DNA from: Candidatus Magasanikiibacteriota bacterium
Lineage (GTDB): Bacteria > Patescibacteriota > Patescibacteriia > Magasanikbacterales > GWA2-37-8
NCBI GenBank assembly: GCA_041678665.1
Contig: JBAYNU010000002.1
Coordinates: forward strand, 5,039 to 69,038
Length of the DNA stretch: 64,000 nucleotides
Reading direction: 5' to 3'
In this document: one piece after another, positions 47,949 through 59,038 of the stretch
Layout: the number at the start of each line of letters is the position of its first letter
How positions within the stretch are numbered: the first letter of the stretch is position 1
Notes under the pieces: generated by a model
What the model was told of the DNA's origin: nothing
The model's database searches: none
Seen by the model: the letters and a program-made list of their open reading frames with translations, nothing else
Translations under genes and position numbers: made by a program

Positions 47949-49703
47949 TTAGTTTATGAACCCGCCCGCCTGAATACTCCAAAGCTTCTTGTAAACACCA
48001 GAAGTTTTTTTGACCAAATCCGCGTGCGTCCCCTCTTCAATAATTCCGCCTTCGCCAATCACAATAATTCGATCCATTTTCATGATAGTAGATAAACGGT
48101 GCGCCACGGTAATCACAGTTTTGTTTTTCATTAGATTGACAAGCGCATCTTGAATCAGATGTTCGGATTCAGAGTCCAAACTGGAAGTGGCTTCGTCCAT
48201 AATAAGAATCGGCGCGCCCCGTAAAATCGCGCGCGCAATCGCCACGCGCTGACGCTCACCGCCGGAAAGTTTTACTCCCCGCTCTCCCACAAAAGTATTA
48301 TATCCTTCGGAAAATTCGGATATAAACTCGTGACAATGCGCGAGCCGCGCGGCTACAAATACTTCTTCGTCGGTCGCGTCAAATTTTCCGTAACGAATAT
48401 TTTCCATTAAACTGCGATGAAATAAAATTGGATCCTGGGGCACATAGCTTACTGCCGCCCACAAACTTTCCAGTTTAACATCGGTGATATCATTCCCATC
48501 AATCAAAATCCGACCGCTGTCAATATCATACAAGCGCAACAATAATCTGGTAATGGTGGTCTTGCCGGCTCCCGACGGCCCCACAAACGCTACCTTTTCA
48601 CGCGAACTAATAGTCAAAGAAAAATCATTCAACACGCGCCGAGTTTCATTATAGCTAAAACAAACCTTATCAAAAACCACTTTCCCGTCTGTCGCTTGTA
48701 AATTTTTCGCTCGCGACTTATCCGCCACACCGTGCGGGGTTTTGAGAATTTCGGTCATCTCTTCGGCGTCGGCCATTTCTTGAAAAATATGGCGCATCAC
48801 CTTGCCGAAATCCCAAATCTTCATAAAAACGATAATCACATAGGATTGCAGTAATACAAAATCGCCAATTGTAAATTGTCCGGCTTGCCATAATTTTAAT
48901 CCATAGTAAAAAGCCACAAATTCCAAAATAAAAATCAAAAAACCCTGAACCGCTTCCACAGTATTATTGATATTCCAAGAGAACTTGCGCAAACGACGTA
49001 ATTTATCCAGCGCTACATCAAATAGACTGGTTTCTTTATTATAACCACCAAATAATTTTACATTGGTTTGGTTGGTAATGGTGTCTGCCAAAATAGCGGT
49101 AGTGGCCGACTCGGCTTCACTGCGTCTGATATCATAGGGCATCTTGAACTTAATCAATAGCCAATTGACGGTAAAAAATAAAGCTAACCACGCCAACATA
49201 ATATAACCCAAAAGATGACTCTTAAAAAATAACACCGCGATGACGACTGACAAGTTTATTACCAAAGGCAAAAGATTATATACCAGTCGATCCGCCAAAC
49301 CTTCAAACGCGCGTGTAAACCAATTAACCCGTTTTACCAAAGAACCCACAAAACTGCTGTTAAAAAAAGCGTAGGAATGCAAATGAAGATACCTAAAACA
49401 GGTATTGGCCAAATCCTTGAGCATCCAACTCTCCAAACTTACCAAAGTAAAAGTTTGGATGCGCCAAAACGCCCAATGTGTGAAATTGAGCGCTAAAATA
49501 ATAAGCAAAACAAACAATAAGGCATCAATAGAATTATTTTGACCAATTGATAAAATATCAAAGAATTTCTTGTAATACAGTGGAATAATCACATCAAATA
49601 CCGAAGCAAAAATTGTAGACAAAAATACCACTATCCCAAGCCAAGGATAGCGTTTTAGATGCTGCCAGTAAATTTTCATTGTCAATTTAGTATTATTTTG
49701 CAT
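47949..49703 (-). CDS. ABC exporter, fused TMD-NBD (MsbA/Atm1-like)
   Basis: GPSGAGKTT, LSGGERQR, DEATSSLD, AHRLST; 6 TM. Confidence 0.93.
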   Translation of the reverse strand: MQNNTKLTMKIYWQHLKRYPWLGIVVFLSTIFASVFDVIIPLYYKKFFDILSIGQNNSIDALLFVLLIILALNFTHWAFWRIQTFTLVSLESWMLKDLANTCFRYLHLHSYAFFNSSFVGSLVKRVNWFTRAFEGLADRLVYNLLPLVINLSVVIAVLFFKSHLLGYIMLAWLALFFTVNWLLIKFKMPYDIRRSEAESATTAILADTITNQTNVKLFGGYNKETSLFDVALDKLRRLRKFSWNINNTVEAVQGFLIFILEFVAFYYGLKLWQAGQFTIGDFVLLQSYVIIVFMKIWDFGKVMRHIFQEMADAEEMTEILKTPHGVADKSRAKNLQATDGKVVFDKVCFSYNETRRVLNDFSLTISSREKVAFVGPSGAGKTTITRLLLRLYDIDSGRILIDGNDITDVKLESLWAAVSYVPQDPILFHRSLMENIRYGKFDATDEEVFVAARLAHCHEFISEFSEGYNTFVGERGVKLSGGERQRVAIARAILRGAPILIMDEATSSLDSESEHLIQDALVNLMKNKTVITVAHRLSTIMKMDRIIVIGEGGIIEEGTHADLVKKTSGVYKKLWSIQAGGFIN

Positions 49704-49897
49704 AAAATTTAGGAAAACACGACAAATCCGCAAAGGCGGATCGTTATATAATTATATAATCTCATTCGCTCAGAAATGTCTTTGTAAACAAAGCCACTTC
49801 TTCGCTCACTGCTATTATAGATGACGCGATAAACAAAAAAATGTTACAGTGGTAACATAAAAATTTGGACGCTAATCCATTCTCAAGACAAAGTTTA

Positions 49898-50026
49898 TTA
49901 TTTTTCGCTGCAACCGCACCCGCAGCCATTGCCGCACTTGCAACAATGATAGCACACCGACTCTTGACAAGCGCAGCGGTCATCATCTTTTTCCAGAGGC
50001 ATGTTGCATTCTACGCATTTTTCCAT
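49898..50026 (-). CDS. Metallothionein-like 42-aa Cys-rich peptide (absent from the ORF track)
   Basis: MEKCVECNMPLEKDDDRCACQESVCYHCCKCGNGCGCGCSEK*; 11 Cys + 1 His; TGGTATAAT upstream at 50118-50110. Confidence 0.65.
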   Translation of the reverse strand: MEKCVECNMPLEKDDDRCACQESVCYHCCKCGNGCGCGCSEK

Positions 50027-50032
50027 ACAAAG

Positions 50033-50109
50033 AAGGAATAAAGAATAAGGATTAAGGAATAAACGAACACAAAATATATTTACTCCTTAATTTTTATTCC
50101 TTACTCATT
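50033..50109. repeat. Inverted pair of heptamer arrays (AAGGAAT family)
   Basis: aaggaat aaagaat aaggatt aaggaat ... tttactc cttaatt tttattc cttactc. Confidence 0.8.
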
Positions 50110-50123
50110 ATTATACCACAACC

Positions 50124-50151
50124 AAAAAACCCGGCAATACAACCGGGCTTT
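50124..50151 (-). terminator. Terminator of the atp operon
   Basis: cccgg/ccggg stem with an A-tract on the left, just past atpC. Confidence 0.65.
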
Positions 50152-50169
50152 CGTGTCAAGTAGGGTAAA

Positions 50170-50604
50170 TTATTGGCTCTTGGGGAGACGCTTGTACTTC
50201 TTTCCAACATTAATGCGGTTCATTTCGCGATCAATCACGGCTTGTAAACGGGCATAATCCACATCTTGAACATTTTTGATTTTTTCCATTTGTTCCTGTG
50301 CTCTTTTATGGGCTTCCTGCGCCCTCGCGACATCAATTTCTTCTACCCGTTCAGCATTATCGGCCAAAATAACAATTTCGTTATTACCGCGCACTTCCAA
50401 AAATCCACCGGCCACGGCAATTGGATGATCCCCCGCTTTATCCACAATACGCATCTCCCCGGCTTTGAGAACGGAAACAAGCGGAATATGATTGGGCATA
50501 ACCGTAATTTCACCGTCCATGGTGGGGATGGTTACTTGCGTTACTTCGGTATTTTCGTAAACCACCTTTTCGGGGGTCGCTATCTTAAATCTTAGATTTG
50601 ACAT
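50170..50604 (-). CDS. atpC: ATP synthase epsilon subunit
   Basis: IATPEK, GEITVMPNHIPLV, GGFLEV, IDVARA. Confidence 0.95.
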   Translation of the reverse strand: MSNLRFKIATPEKVVYENTEVTQVTIPTMDGEITVMPNHIPLVSVLKAGEMRIVDKAGDHPIAVAGGFLEVRGNNEIVILADNAERVEEIDVARAQEAHKRAQEQMEKIKNVQDVDYARLQAVIDREMNRINVGKKYKRLPKSQ

Positions 50605-50611
50605 ATTTATT

Positions 50612-50673
50612 TACGATACACGATACATGGAAAATGATACATTTGTATATTATTCCATGTATTTTGCATGCTG
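50612..50673. repeat. Gene-less inverted heptamer pair matching the flanks of the four-helix-bundle gene
   Basis: tacgata cacgata catggaa aatgata ca / tgtatat tattcca tgtattt tgcatgc. Confidence 0.8.
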
Positions 50674-52065
<1,392 letters not shown>

Positions 52066-52434
52066 TTAAGAGTTGGTTTTAAGATAATTAATAATATGAT
52101 CTAAAAATAATTTTCCTTTCTCGATATCATCATCTGTAGTCCGATCTGGATCGCGCTTAGGCATCGCTTGGACAAACTCGATAAAATTTTCACACTCACT
52201 TCGTATTTCTGTGCTAAGTGTTTGGTCCCTTCTTAATAGACTTACTATTTCTGACGCAATACTCGAAAACCAAGCACCACGACATCTATAATTATAATAA
52301 TTAGGATGGTCTGGTTTTAAAATCTCCGACGGTATATCATCTGTCCACTTTCTGTCATCCCGTAACTCTAGGATATTCTCCAAAACTTGTTTTCTGATTA
52401 ATTCGACCGGGTATCCTTGGGTTTCTGTGCTCAT
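52066..52434 (-). CDS. Orphan hypothetical protein inserted between atpG and atpD
   Basis: 122-aa co-oriented ORF filling the junction with 5- and 12-nt gaps. Confidence 0.65.
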   Translation of the reverse strand: MSTETQGYPVELIRKQVLENILELRDDRKWTDDIPSEILKPDHPNYYNYRCRGAWFSSIASEIVSLLRRDQTLSTEIRSECENFIEFVQAMPKRDPDRTTDDDIEKGKLFLDHIINYLKTNS

Positions 52435-52439
52435 AAACG

Positions 52440-53399
52440 TTATTCCAACGCCGCCGATCCACCGGCGATTTCCGCAATTTCTTGCGTGATGCCGGCCTGG
52501 CGGGCTTTGTTAAAATTCAAATTTAATTCTTTGATCATATCGGTGGCCGCTTCAGACGCGTTTTTCATGGCCATCATGCGGGCGCTGTGTTCGCTGGCGG
52601 ACGATTCCAAAAGCGCTTGAAAAATTTGCGTTTCTACCAAACGCGGTAAAATAATTTTTAAAACCTCGGTACGATTTGGTTCAAATAAATATTCGCCTAG
52701 TTCGATTTTTGGTTCGCTTACTCCTTGTTCCTTATTCTTTATTCCTTCATTATCCCCGATCATCTTTTCCAAATCCACTTCCGACACCGGCAAAACCTGT
52801 CTTAACTTAGCCACCTGCGCGATGGCCGATTTAAAATCGGTGTAAGCCACTACCACCTTGTCGTATTTGCCGGATTCGTAATCCGCAATTATTGTACGCG
52901 CAGCCGGCAAAATATCTTTGAGCCCGGGAGTATCTGGCAGTCCGGTATAAGACGCGGTTAAATTGTATTTCATTTTTTTGGCAAATTCGGCGCCTTTTTT
53001 TCCAATTCCCAAAACATCCACCTCAATATTATCGGACGGCTCTACTACTTTTCCGGCCACGCGCTGGCGACTAATATTTTTGGGATCCTGGAGTTGCGCC
53101 GCCGTCTTGCGAATGATATTGGCATTGAAACTGCCGCACAGCCCGCGATTGCTGGTAATCAAGATCACTAATAATTTTTTCACCGGCCTAATATCCATAA
53201 GAGCAATGCCTTCGCGCTCGCCTTTGGAAAGATTTACCAAAAGATCCCAGGCCATTTTGGCATAGGTGCGCGTGTTTTGCGCCGCTTCCACCGCTTTTCT
53301 CATCTTGACGGCGGACATCATTTCCATGGCTTTGGTAATCTTTTTGGTATTACCCACGGATTTGATGCGACGTTTGATTGCTTTGGTATTTACGGCCAT
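52440..53399 (-). CDS. atpG: ATP synthase gamma subunit
   Basis: KITKAMEM, NRGLCGSFN, ASEHSARMMAM, RQAGITQEI. Confidence 0.97.
   Translation of the reverse strand: MAVNTKAIKRRIKSVGNTKKITKAMEMMSAVKMRKAVEAAQNTRTYAKMAWDLLVNLSKGEREGIALMDIRPVKKLLVILITSNRGLCGSFNANIIRKTAAQLQDPKNISRQRVAGKVVEPSDNIEVDVLGIGKKGAEFAKKMKYNLTASYTGLPDTPGLKDILPAARTIIADYESGKYDKVVVAYTDFKSAIAQVAKLRQVLPVSEVDLEKMIGDNEGIKNKEQGVSEPKIELGEYLFEPNRTEVLKIILPRLVETQIFQALLESSASEHSARMMAMKNASEAATDMIKELNLNFNKARQAGITQEIAEIAGGSAALE
52717..52751. repeat. Heptamer array (AAGGAAT family) inside atpG
   Basis: cttactc cttgttc cttattc tttattc cttcatt = NEGIKNKEQGVS. Confidence 0.8.
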
Positions 53400-53404
53400 A
53401 CTTA

Positions 53405-53835
53405 ACAATATACAAAATACATGGATTACGATACACTTTCTATTTTTTCTTCTAATTTATCTATTGTCACCCAAATCATTTTTCCTATTTCATTAGACAT
53501 TTCCAAACCGACATTATATTCATCTTTACTAATCCAGTTCTGAATAAACGCGAAATATATTATATACTTACATTCTTGCGACGAACCATGTGATATCTCA
53601 TAAAAATTTAACTTAACTTTGTCTCGCCTACGCGCGTATCCCTCAACATAATTCAACATTATAGACATTGATGCTCGGCGCAACTGCGAACTAACGCCAT
53701 ACAATTCATTACTTGGAAAATTTTTCACTATCTGATAACAGTATAAAACGAATCTATTAATTTTATTTTTCAACAATACATGAAATTTTCCCTCCATATA
53801 AATTTGTATATTTTTCCATGTATATTGTCTATTGT
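53405..53835. mobile_element. Candidate element: four-helix-bundle gene bracketed by inverted heptamer arrays
   Basis: Left acaatat acaaaat acatgga ttacgat aca (53405-53435); right, reverse-complemented, acaatag acaatat acatgga aaaatat aca (53805-53835). Confidence 0.6.
53426..53797 (-). CDS. Four-helix-bundle protein (23S rRNA IVP / S23 / Avd-like family)
   Basis: FPSNELYGVSSQLRRASMSIMLNYVEGYAR...F..I..GS..E signature. Confidence 0.9.
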   Translation of the reverse strand: MEGKFHVLLKNKINRFVLYCYQIVKNFPSNELYGVSSQLRRASMSIMLNYVEGYARRRDKVKLNFYEISHGSSQECKYIIYFAFIQNWISKDEYNVGLEMSNEIGKMIWVTIDKLEEKIESVS

Positions 53836-55319
53836 TTCACAAACTCTTCACAAGCCCCCTTCAATTCCGCTTCAATCTTTTCATCCCAATCCGCTTTGGC
53901 GATTTTGCTCAAAAGCGCGGATTTGGAACGATTGAAAAATTCATGAAATTTATTTTCCCATGTTTGCATCCCGGCTACCGGCACGTTATCGGCAAAACCA
54001 TTGGACACGGCGTAAATAATTGCCACTTGGTTGGCCACATTCATCGGCTGATATTGCGGTTGTTTGAGCACTTCCACTAAACGCTGGCCCAAATCAATTT
54101 GTTTTTTGGTGGCTGGATCAAGGTCGGACGCAAACTGGGCAAACGCTTCCAACTCACGGAACTGGCCCATGTTTAATTTTAATTTGCCAGCGACTTTTTT
54201 CATGGGTTTAATTTGAGCATCACCACCTACACGCGACACGGATAAGCCCACATTTACGGCCGGGCGAATACCACGGAAATACAAATCCGATTCCAAAAAT
54301 ATCTGACCGTCGGTAATGGAAATTACATTGGTAGGAATATAGGCGGTCACATCACCGGCTTGAGTTTCGATAATTGGTAAAGCGGTAATGGATCCACCGC
54401 CGGCTTCTTTATTGCGGCGACAAGCGCGCTCCAAAAGACGAGAATGAAGATAAAACACATCACCCGGATAGGCCTCGCGACCCGGTGGGCGACGCAGTAA
54501 AAGCGAAATTTCACGGTAAGCCCAAGCCTGTTTAGATAAGTCATCATACACGCAGAGCACATCTTTACCTTGGTCCATAAAATATTCCGCCATGGCCACA
54601 CCGGCATAGGGCGCAATATAAGAAAGTGAAGCGGGCTGCGACGCGCCAGCCACCACGACGATTGTATAGTCCATAGCGCCATGTTCTTTGAGTTTAGCTA
54701 CAATACGCGCGATCTTGGATTCTTTTTGACCGATGGCCACATACACACAAATCATGTTCTGACCTTTTTGATTGATAATTGTATCAATGGCCAAAGCAGT
54801 TTTCCCAATCTGGCGATCGCCAATGATAAGTTCGCGCTGACCGCGCCCAATTGGAAACATAGCATCAATAGATTTAATGCCGGTCTGCACTGGTTGGTTA
54901 ACCCGTTCGCGCTTCATTACACCTGGAGCAATTTTTTCGATTGGATAAAACTTTTCGGTTTTAATTTCCACACCGCCATCAATTGCTTTGCCCAAAGGAT
55001 TTACCACACGACCAATAAGTTGTTCACCTACTGGAACAGATAAAATGCGACCAGTGCGCTTAACAGTATCACCTTCTTTAATATGGGTATATTCACCCAA
55101 AAGCACCGAGCCAACGGTTTCTTCCTCGAGGTTTAAGGCCACACCATATGTACCGCCAGAAAACTCAAGCATTTCGCTGGCCTGACATTGCGAAAGTCCA
55201 CTCATACGAGCAATTCCGTCGCCGACTTCGATTACTTTTCCCACTTCTTCCACTTCTACTTGTTTTTCAAAAGCGGAAATATTTTTGCGCAGTTCTTCTA
55301 CTATGGAATTGATAGACAT
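53829..55319 (-). CDS. atpA: ATP synthase alpha subunit
   Basis: [42 protein letters not shown]. Confidence 0.98.
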   Translation of the reverse strand: MSINSIVEELRKNISAFEKQVEVEEVGKVIEVGDGIARMSGLSQCQASEMLEFSGGTYGVALNLEEETVGSVLLGEYTHIKEGDTVKRTGRILSVPVGEQLIGRVVNPLGKAIDGGVEIKTEKFYPIEKIAPGVMKRERVNQPVQTGIKSIDAMFPIGRGQRELIIGDRQIGKTALAIDTIINQKGQNMICVYVAIGQKESKIARIVAKLKEHGAMDYTIVVVAGASQPASLSYIAPYAGVAMAEYFMDQGKDVLCVYDDLSKQAWAYREISLLLRRPPGREAYPGDVFYLHSRLLERACRRNKEAGGGSITALPIIETQAGDVTAYIPTNVISITDGQIFLESDLYFRGIRPAVNVGLSVSRVGGDAQIKPMKKVAGKLKLNMGQFRELEAFAQFASDLDPATKKQIDLGQRLVEVLKQPQYQPMNVANQVAIIYAVSNGFADNVPVAGMQTWENKFHEFFNRSKSALLSKIAKADWDEKIEAELKGACEEFVKQ

Positions 55320-55328
55320 AATAAATTT

Positions 55329-55402
55329 AATTAACAATTAACAATAAACAACTAACAAGTCAGCATACCGATTTGTTAATTGCTAATTGTTAGTTGTTAA
55401 TT
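55329..55402. repeat. Inverted pair of heptamer arrays (AATTAAC family) between atpH and atpA
   Basis: aattaac aattaac aataaac aactaac aa - 14 nt - ttgttaa ttgctaa ttgttag ttgttaa tt. Confidence 0.88.
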
Positions 55403-55406
55403 TGCT

Positions 55407-55799
55407 TTATGATAATTTTTGTTTTAATCGCGCTAATTGTCTTTTTACACTCGCATCAAAAATAACTTCATCGGACTTAACTACTACTCCGCCAATAATA
55501 TCTTTATCTACAATCGGTGTAACTTCGCCTTGACTGGAAAAAACATCACCAATTTTAATTAATTCCTTATCGCTCATGCCACGAGCCGTTACCACATCCA
55601 AAGACACTATCCCCTGTTCTTTTTTGGCGTATTTTACAAATTCAGCAATTACCCGTTCGGCTTGTTTTAATTTATGCGCGCGCGCCAAAATTTTTACAAA
55701 TTCCGCGAGGATAATATGTAATTTTTCACCCTTCAAATCTTTGGTCAGCTCATACAAAGCTTTGGCGTATTGGGTTGTAGTGGTTTTCTTTTTGGGCAT
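55407..55799 (-). CDS. atpH: ATP synthase delta subunit (short form)
   Basis: YAKALYE, VDKDIIGGVVV, DASVKRQL; the ORF-track N-extension is repeat-derived. Confidence 0.85.
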   Translation of the reverse strand: MPKKKTTTTQYAKALYELTKDLKGEKLHIILAEFVKILARAHKLKQAERVIAEFVKYAKKEQGIVSLDVVTARGMSDKELIKIGDVFSSQGEVTPIVDKDIIGGVVVKSDEVIFDASVKRQLARLKQKLS

Positions 55800-55813
55800 A
55801 ATTGTTTTCGTTG

Positions 55814-55915
55814 TTGTCATCCTGAGTGAGCGAAGCGAATCGAAGAATCTGTGATTATTCGCCGATAAATTCTTCGACTTCATTCACCTTTGGCTCATTT
55901 CGCTCAGAATGACAA
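55814..55915. repeat. Intergenic TGTCAT...ATGACA element between atpF and atpH
   Basis: ttgtcatcctgag...cgaagaatct...attcttcga...ctcagaatgacaa. Confidence 0.88.
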
Positions 55916-55927
55916 ACGTATTACTGC

Positions 55928-56479
55928 TTACTTCTTTACACTATCAAGCATCTCCTCAATAATTTTCTTGTCCTTTTTCTCATCAATTTTTTCACTCAAA
56001 ATCTTTTCCAGGGCAGACACAATTAATCCAGCGGTTTCTTCTTTTAAATCCTTAACCATACTTTCTTTCTCGGTTTTAATATTGCGTCTGGCCGTTTCTA
56101 CTAATCCTTCAATCTCTTTTTTGGCTTTTACTTTTAATTCTTCCGACATTTTACCGGCTTCAACATTGGTCTTTTCCAAAATTTTGTTGGCTTCCACTTT
56201 GGCGGTGTCGATACGCGCTTGATAATCGCGCTCGCCACGACGCAAAGTTTCTTCAACTTTTTTGGAATTTTCGATACTATCATCAATCATTTTCTGACGC
56301 TCGACCATCTTCTTGGTGATTGGTTTTAGTATCAAATACCAAACCACTACCATTACAATGGCAAAATTAATGGCTTGAAATACAAATAATTGGCCATTAA
56401 TGCCAAGCGATGCCAAAACACCGGTATCGGCGGTCACCTCTGTGTGTTCGCTGGTGGTTTCTAAATTAATTTGTTCCAT
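55928..56479 (-). CDS. atpF: ATP synthase b subunit
   Basis: LGIN, QAINF TM, KPI...ERQ coiled coil. Confidence 0.93.
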   Translation of the reverse strand: MEQINLETTSEHTEVTADTGVLASLGINGQLFVFQAINFAIVMVVVWYLILKPITKKMVERQKMIDDSIENSKKVEETLRRGERDYQARIDTAKVEANKILEKTNVEAGKMSEELKVKAKKEIEGLVETARRNIKTEKESMVKDLKEETAGLIVSALEKILSEKIDEKKDKKIIEEMLDSVKK

Positions 56480-56486
56480 AATCATG

Positions 56487-56557
56487 AAATGTTAAATTAT
56501 CAAACTGTTAAATTGTCACAAAAGCAATTTGACAATTTAACAGTTTAGCAATTTAGC
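56487..56557. repeat. Inverted pair of octamer arrays (AATTGTTA family) between atpE and atpF
   Basis: aaatgtta aattatca aactgtta aattgtca ... tgacaatt taacagtt tagcaatt tagc; 16-bp perfect core IR. Confidence 0.85.
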
Positions 56558-56604
56558 GCAAACGATCTGATTTGACCAGACCAAAATTGATCCAGTCAAT
56601 CAAA

Positions 56605-56826
56605 CTATTTGAGGGTGAAAACGACAACCAACGCGTAGATCGCGATGGCCTCGGCAAACGCGGCACCGAGTAACATTGGCACAAATACCTTGCCCGAAGC
56701 CTCCGGATTGCGTCCGATGGCTTCCATAGCCTTGGCGACTAAACGACCAATAGCCAAAGCCGGACCAATACCGCCAATGGCGATAGCCAAGGCCTTAGCT
56801 AGGGCCAACACTGATGCGTGTTCCAT
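56605..56826 (-). CDS. atpE: ATP synthase c subunit
   Basis: GRNPEA loop, FAEAIAIY carboxylate helix; lacks the Na+-type Q/S ligands, so probably H+-coupled. Confidence 0.96.
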   Translation of the reverse strand: MEHASVLALAKALAIAIGGIGPALAIGRLVAKAMEAIGRNPEASGKVFVPMLLGAAFAEAIAIYALVVVFTLK

Positions 56827-56895
56827 ATTTTTAGACCTTTACGACACAACTTCGACGAAGGGAAAATATTTTTTACTTCGCAAAGTTACATCTTT

Positions 56896-56967
56896 ATTAA
56901 AACATTAAAGCATGAAAACATTAAAACAAACTGTTTTTATGTTCTCGTGTTCTGGTGTTTTAATGTT
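56896..56967. repeat. Inverted pair of octamer arrays (ATTAAAAC family) between atpB and atpE
   Basis: attaaaac attaaagc atgaaaac attaaaac ... gtttttat gttctcgt gttctggt gttttaat; overlaps the atpB stop. Confidence 0.8.
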
Positions 56968-57736
56968 CGCTTTCGCCGTGCGGCGCCGTGGTCATTACTG
57001 TGAGATATACCAAGGTCAACATGGTAAATACCGCCGCTTGAATCAAACCGACTAAAATTTCCAAAAGCATAAACGGGGTTGGTACAAATAACCCTACCAA
57101 ACTACTCATCACTGTCATTAAAACTTCGCCAGCAAAAATATTACCAAATAACCGCAAAGATAAAGATAATACTTTGGCCATTTCCGAAATAATTTCCAAA
57201 ATCCCCACGAATAATTCAATAAAAGCGGTAAATATAGCGATCGGTCCCTTTTTTAAACTTTTAATAAAACTGCCGATTTGAATAAATTTGTTTAGATGAG
57301 TAAAAAGACCCACGGTAATAAAACCAAACAAATGTGAAACCACTACCGATGTCAAAGCCATGGCTACAGTAAGATTAAGATCGGTGTTGGCCGGACGCAA
57401 TAACATTTTACCGCCCCAAGTAATGGAACCGGTACCAGGAATAAGACCGAGCCAATTGGAGAGTAAAATAAAAAAGAAAACCGAACCGACGATGGGCAAA
57501 AAACGCATAGTCTTTTTTCGATCTCCGGTTACTTGATCAAAATATCCCAATAAAATTTCTAAAAAATATTCAATAAAATTTTGTAATTTTTTGGGGCGAA
57601 GCGAAATTGACTTGCGTAAAATAATACCTAACACCAAAAAAATAATCAAAGCAATCCAAGTATTCAGCATGGTATTGGTGATAGCGAAGCCTCCGATGGT
57701 AGTGAGTGTATCCGGTGCTAATGTCGGTATGTGCAT
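56960..57736 (-). CDS. atpB: ATP synthase a subunit
   Basis: SNWLGLIPG, SLSLRLFGNIFAGE, IQAAVF. Confidence 0.96.
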   Translation of the reverse strand: MHIPTLAPDTLTTIGGFAITNTMLNTWIALIIFLVLGIILRKSISLRPKKLQNFIEYFLEILLGYFDQVTGDRKKTMRFLPIVGSVFFFILLSNWLGLIPGTGSITWGGKMLLRPANTDLNLTVAMALTSVVVSHLFGFITVGLFTHLNKFIQIGSFIKSLKKGPIAIFTAFIELFVGILEIISEMAKVLSLSLRLFGNIFAGEVLMTVMSSLVGLFVPTPFMLLEILVGLIQAAVFTMLTLVYLTVMTTAPHGESEH

Positions 57737-57743
57737 AATTGGT

Positions 57744-57801
57744 TTGTCATCCTGAGTGAAACGAAGGATCTAGATTCTTCGACTACGCCTCAGAATGACA
57801 A
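57744..57801. repeat. Minimal (58-bp) TGTCAT...ATGACA element upstream of atpB
   Basis: ttgtcatcctgagtgaaacgaaggatct-agattcttcgactacgcctcagaatgacaa. Confidence 0.9.
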
Positions 57802-57802
57802 T

Positions 57803-58090
57803 TTAATTTAATTTATTATACTGATCCCCGTAGCGCTTGGCCTTTTTTTGTATAATGCGCACAGTAGCGGCAAAGGCTAAAACCAAACAAATTATTAAAA
57901 AAAGAGGATATTTATCAAATTTATTATCTAACCAATTTCCTAATAATACCCCCAACACCGCCGGTACAGCAATAGCTATCCCAAAATCCCCTACGATCCG
58001 CATTGCGAACATATAATAAGCTCGATCGCTGGTTTTTCTTTGCTCGCCAGAGCCTTGACGAAGGCGAGTTTTGTCCGATTCTTCATTCAT
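57803..58090 (-). CDS. AtpZ/AtpI (gene-1) family protein
   Basis: IAVP...LGNWLD...P 2-TM pattern; first gene of the atp operon. Confidence 0.78.
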   Translation of the reverse strand: MNEESDKTRLRQGSGEQRKTSDRAYYMFAMRIVGDFGIAIAVPAVLGVLLGNWLDNKFDKYPLFLIICLVLAFAATVRIIQKKAKRYGDQYNKLN

Positions 58091-58172
58091 ACAATATATT
58101 TTTGGACGCCCATATTTTACAGGATTTACTGAAAAAGGTCAAGGGATTTTTAAAATTAATATTGGGGATAAC

Positions 58173-59021
58173 TCAAATCATGTTAGTAAACAACCTTTTA
58201 GCATTTTCGTCGGCCATTTTTACTACTTCCTCCATGCCCAGACCTTTCAACTCAGCAATCTCTTTTGCCACTTCTTTTACCATCCACGGCTCACAACGCT
58301 CGCCACGATATTTTTGCGGTGCGAGATAGGGCGCGTCAGTTTCAATCAAAATTCTGTCTAACGGACATTTGTTTACTACCTCCAATAAATCCTCGGTTGG
58401 CTTAGGGTTGGTTTTACGGGCAGGAAAAGTGATCACACCGGTAAAGCCAATATAAAATCCCATGTCTAAAAATTGTTGAGCTTGCTGCCAATTGCCGGAG
58501 AAGCAGTGAATTGTAGCTTTTAGCTTATAGCTTTTAGGTGTTAGGTTTTGTAATACGCTGATTGTTTCATTATAGGCATCTCTGATATGGATGACCAACG
58601 GCAAATCATGTTTGCGCGCAAAATTAATCTGCTGTAAAAAAATCCCAGTTTGTTTTTTGAGGATTTCTTCTTTATCCGCCTCTGGCGGTAAATGAAAAAG
58701 CTCAATGCCGCATTCCCCTACCGCGATCACCTTTTTTGACTTAGCCAATTCATCATAATACGCTTCATCAAAATCTTCTTCGCGCGACTTAAAAATTATT
58801 TCTTCTTCATCAACTTCGGTGGAAGTAATGTGAATGGGGTGAAGCCCGATAGTCGCGTACAATCCGTCATATTTTTCCGCCAACTCCACCGCCGCCTTGC
58901 TGGTATCTTTTTGTGTACCTACAATATTACATTGCACACCTTTTTCTAGACAACGTTTAATCACGACCTCGCGATCGTCTTTATAGGCATTGAATTGTAA
59001 GTGACAATGAGAATCAATCAT
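58173..59021 (-). CDS. tatD: TatD family nuclease
   Basis: IDSHCH, GLHP, VGECG, HIRD, HCF, ETDAPY. Confidence 0.95.
   Translation of the reverse strand: MIDSHCHLQFNAYKDDREVVIKRCLEKGVQCNIVGTQKDTSKAAVELAEKYDGLYATIGLHPIHITSTEVDEEEIIFKSREEDFDEAYYDELAKSKKVIAVGECGIELFHLPPEADKEEILKKQTGIFLQQINFARKHDLPLVIHIRDAYNETISVLQNLTPKSYKLKATIHCFSGNWQQAQQFLDMGFYIGFTGVITFPARKTNPKPTEDLLEVVNKCPLDRILIETDAPYLAPQKYRGERCEPWMVKEVAKEIAELKGLGMEEVVKMADENAKRLFTNMI
58514..58548 (-). repeat. Heptamer array (AGCTA family) inside tatD
   Basis: Minus strand aaaccta acaccta aaagcta taagcta aaagcta = NLTPKSYKLKA. Confidence 0.8.
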
Positions 59022-59038
59022 AAAAATAGCTTATAATT

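Noticed and set aside
49762-49986. 74-aa ORF in the track
   Set aside because: Overlaps the Cys-rich ORF in another frame and has no recognisable features; likely a shadow ORF.
53426-53797. Diversity-generating retroelement
   Set aside because: An Avd-like fold alone is insufficient; no reverse transcriptase and no TR/VR pair differing at adenines was seen in the window.
55800-55883. N-terminal extension of AtpH in the ORF track
   Set aside because: It is the translation of the intergenic palindrome; the ATG at 55799 gives a plausible start.
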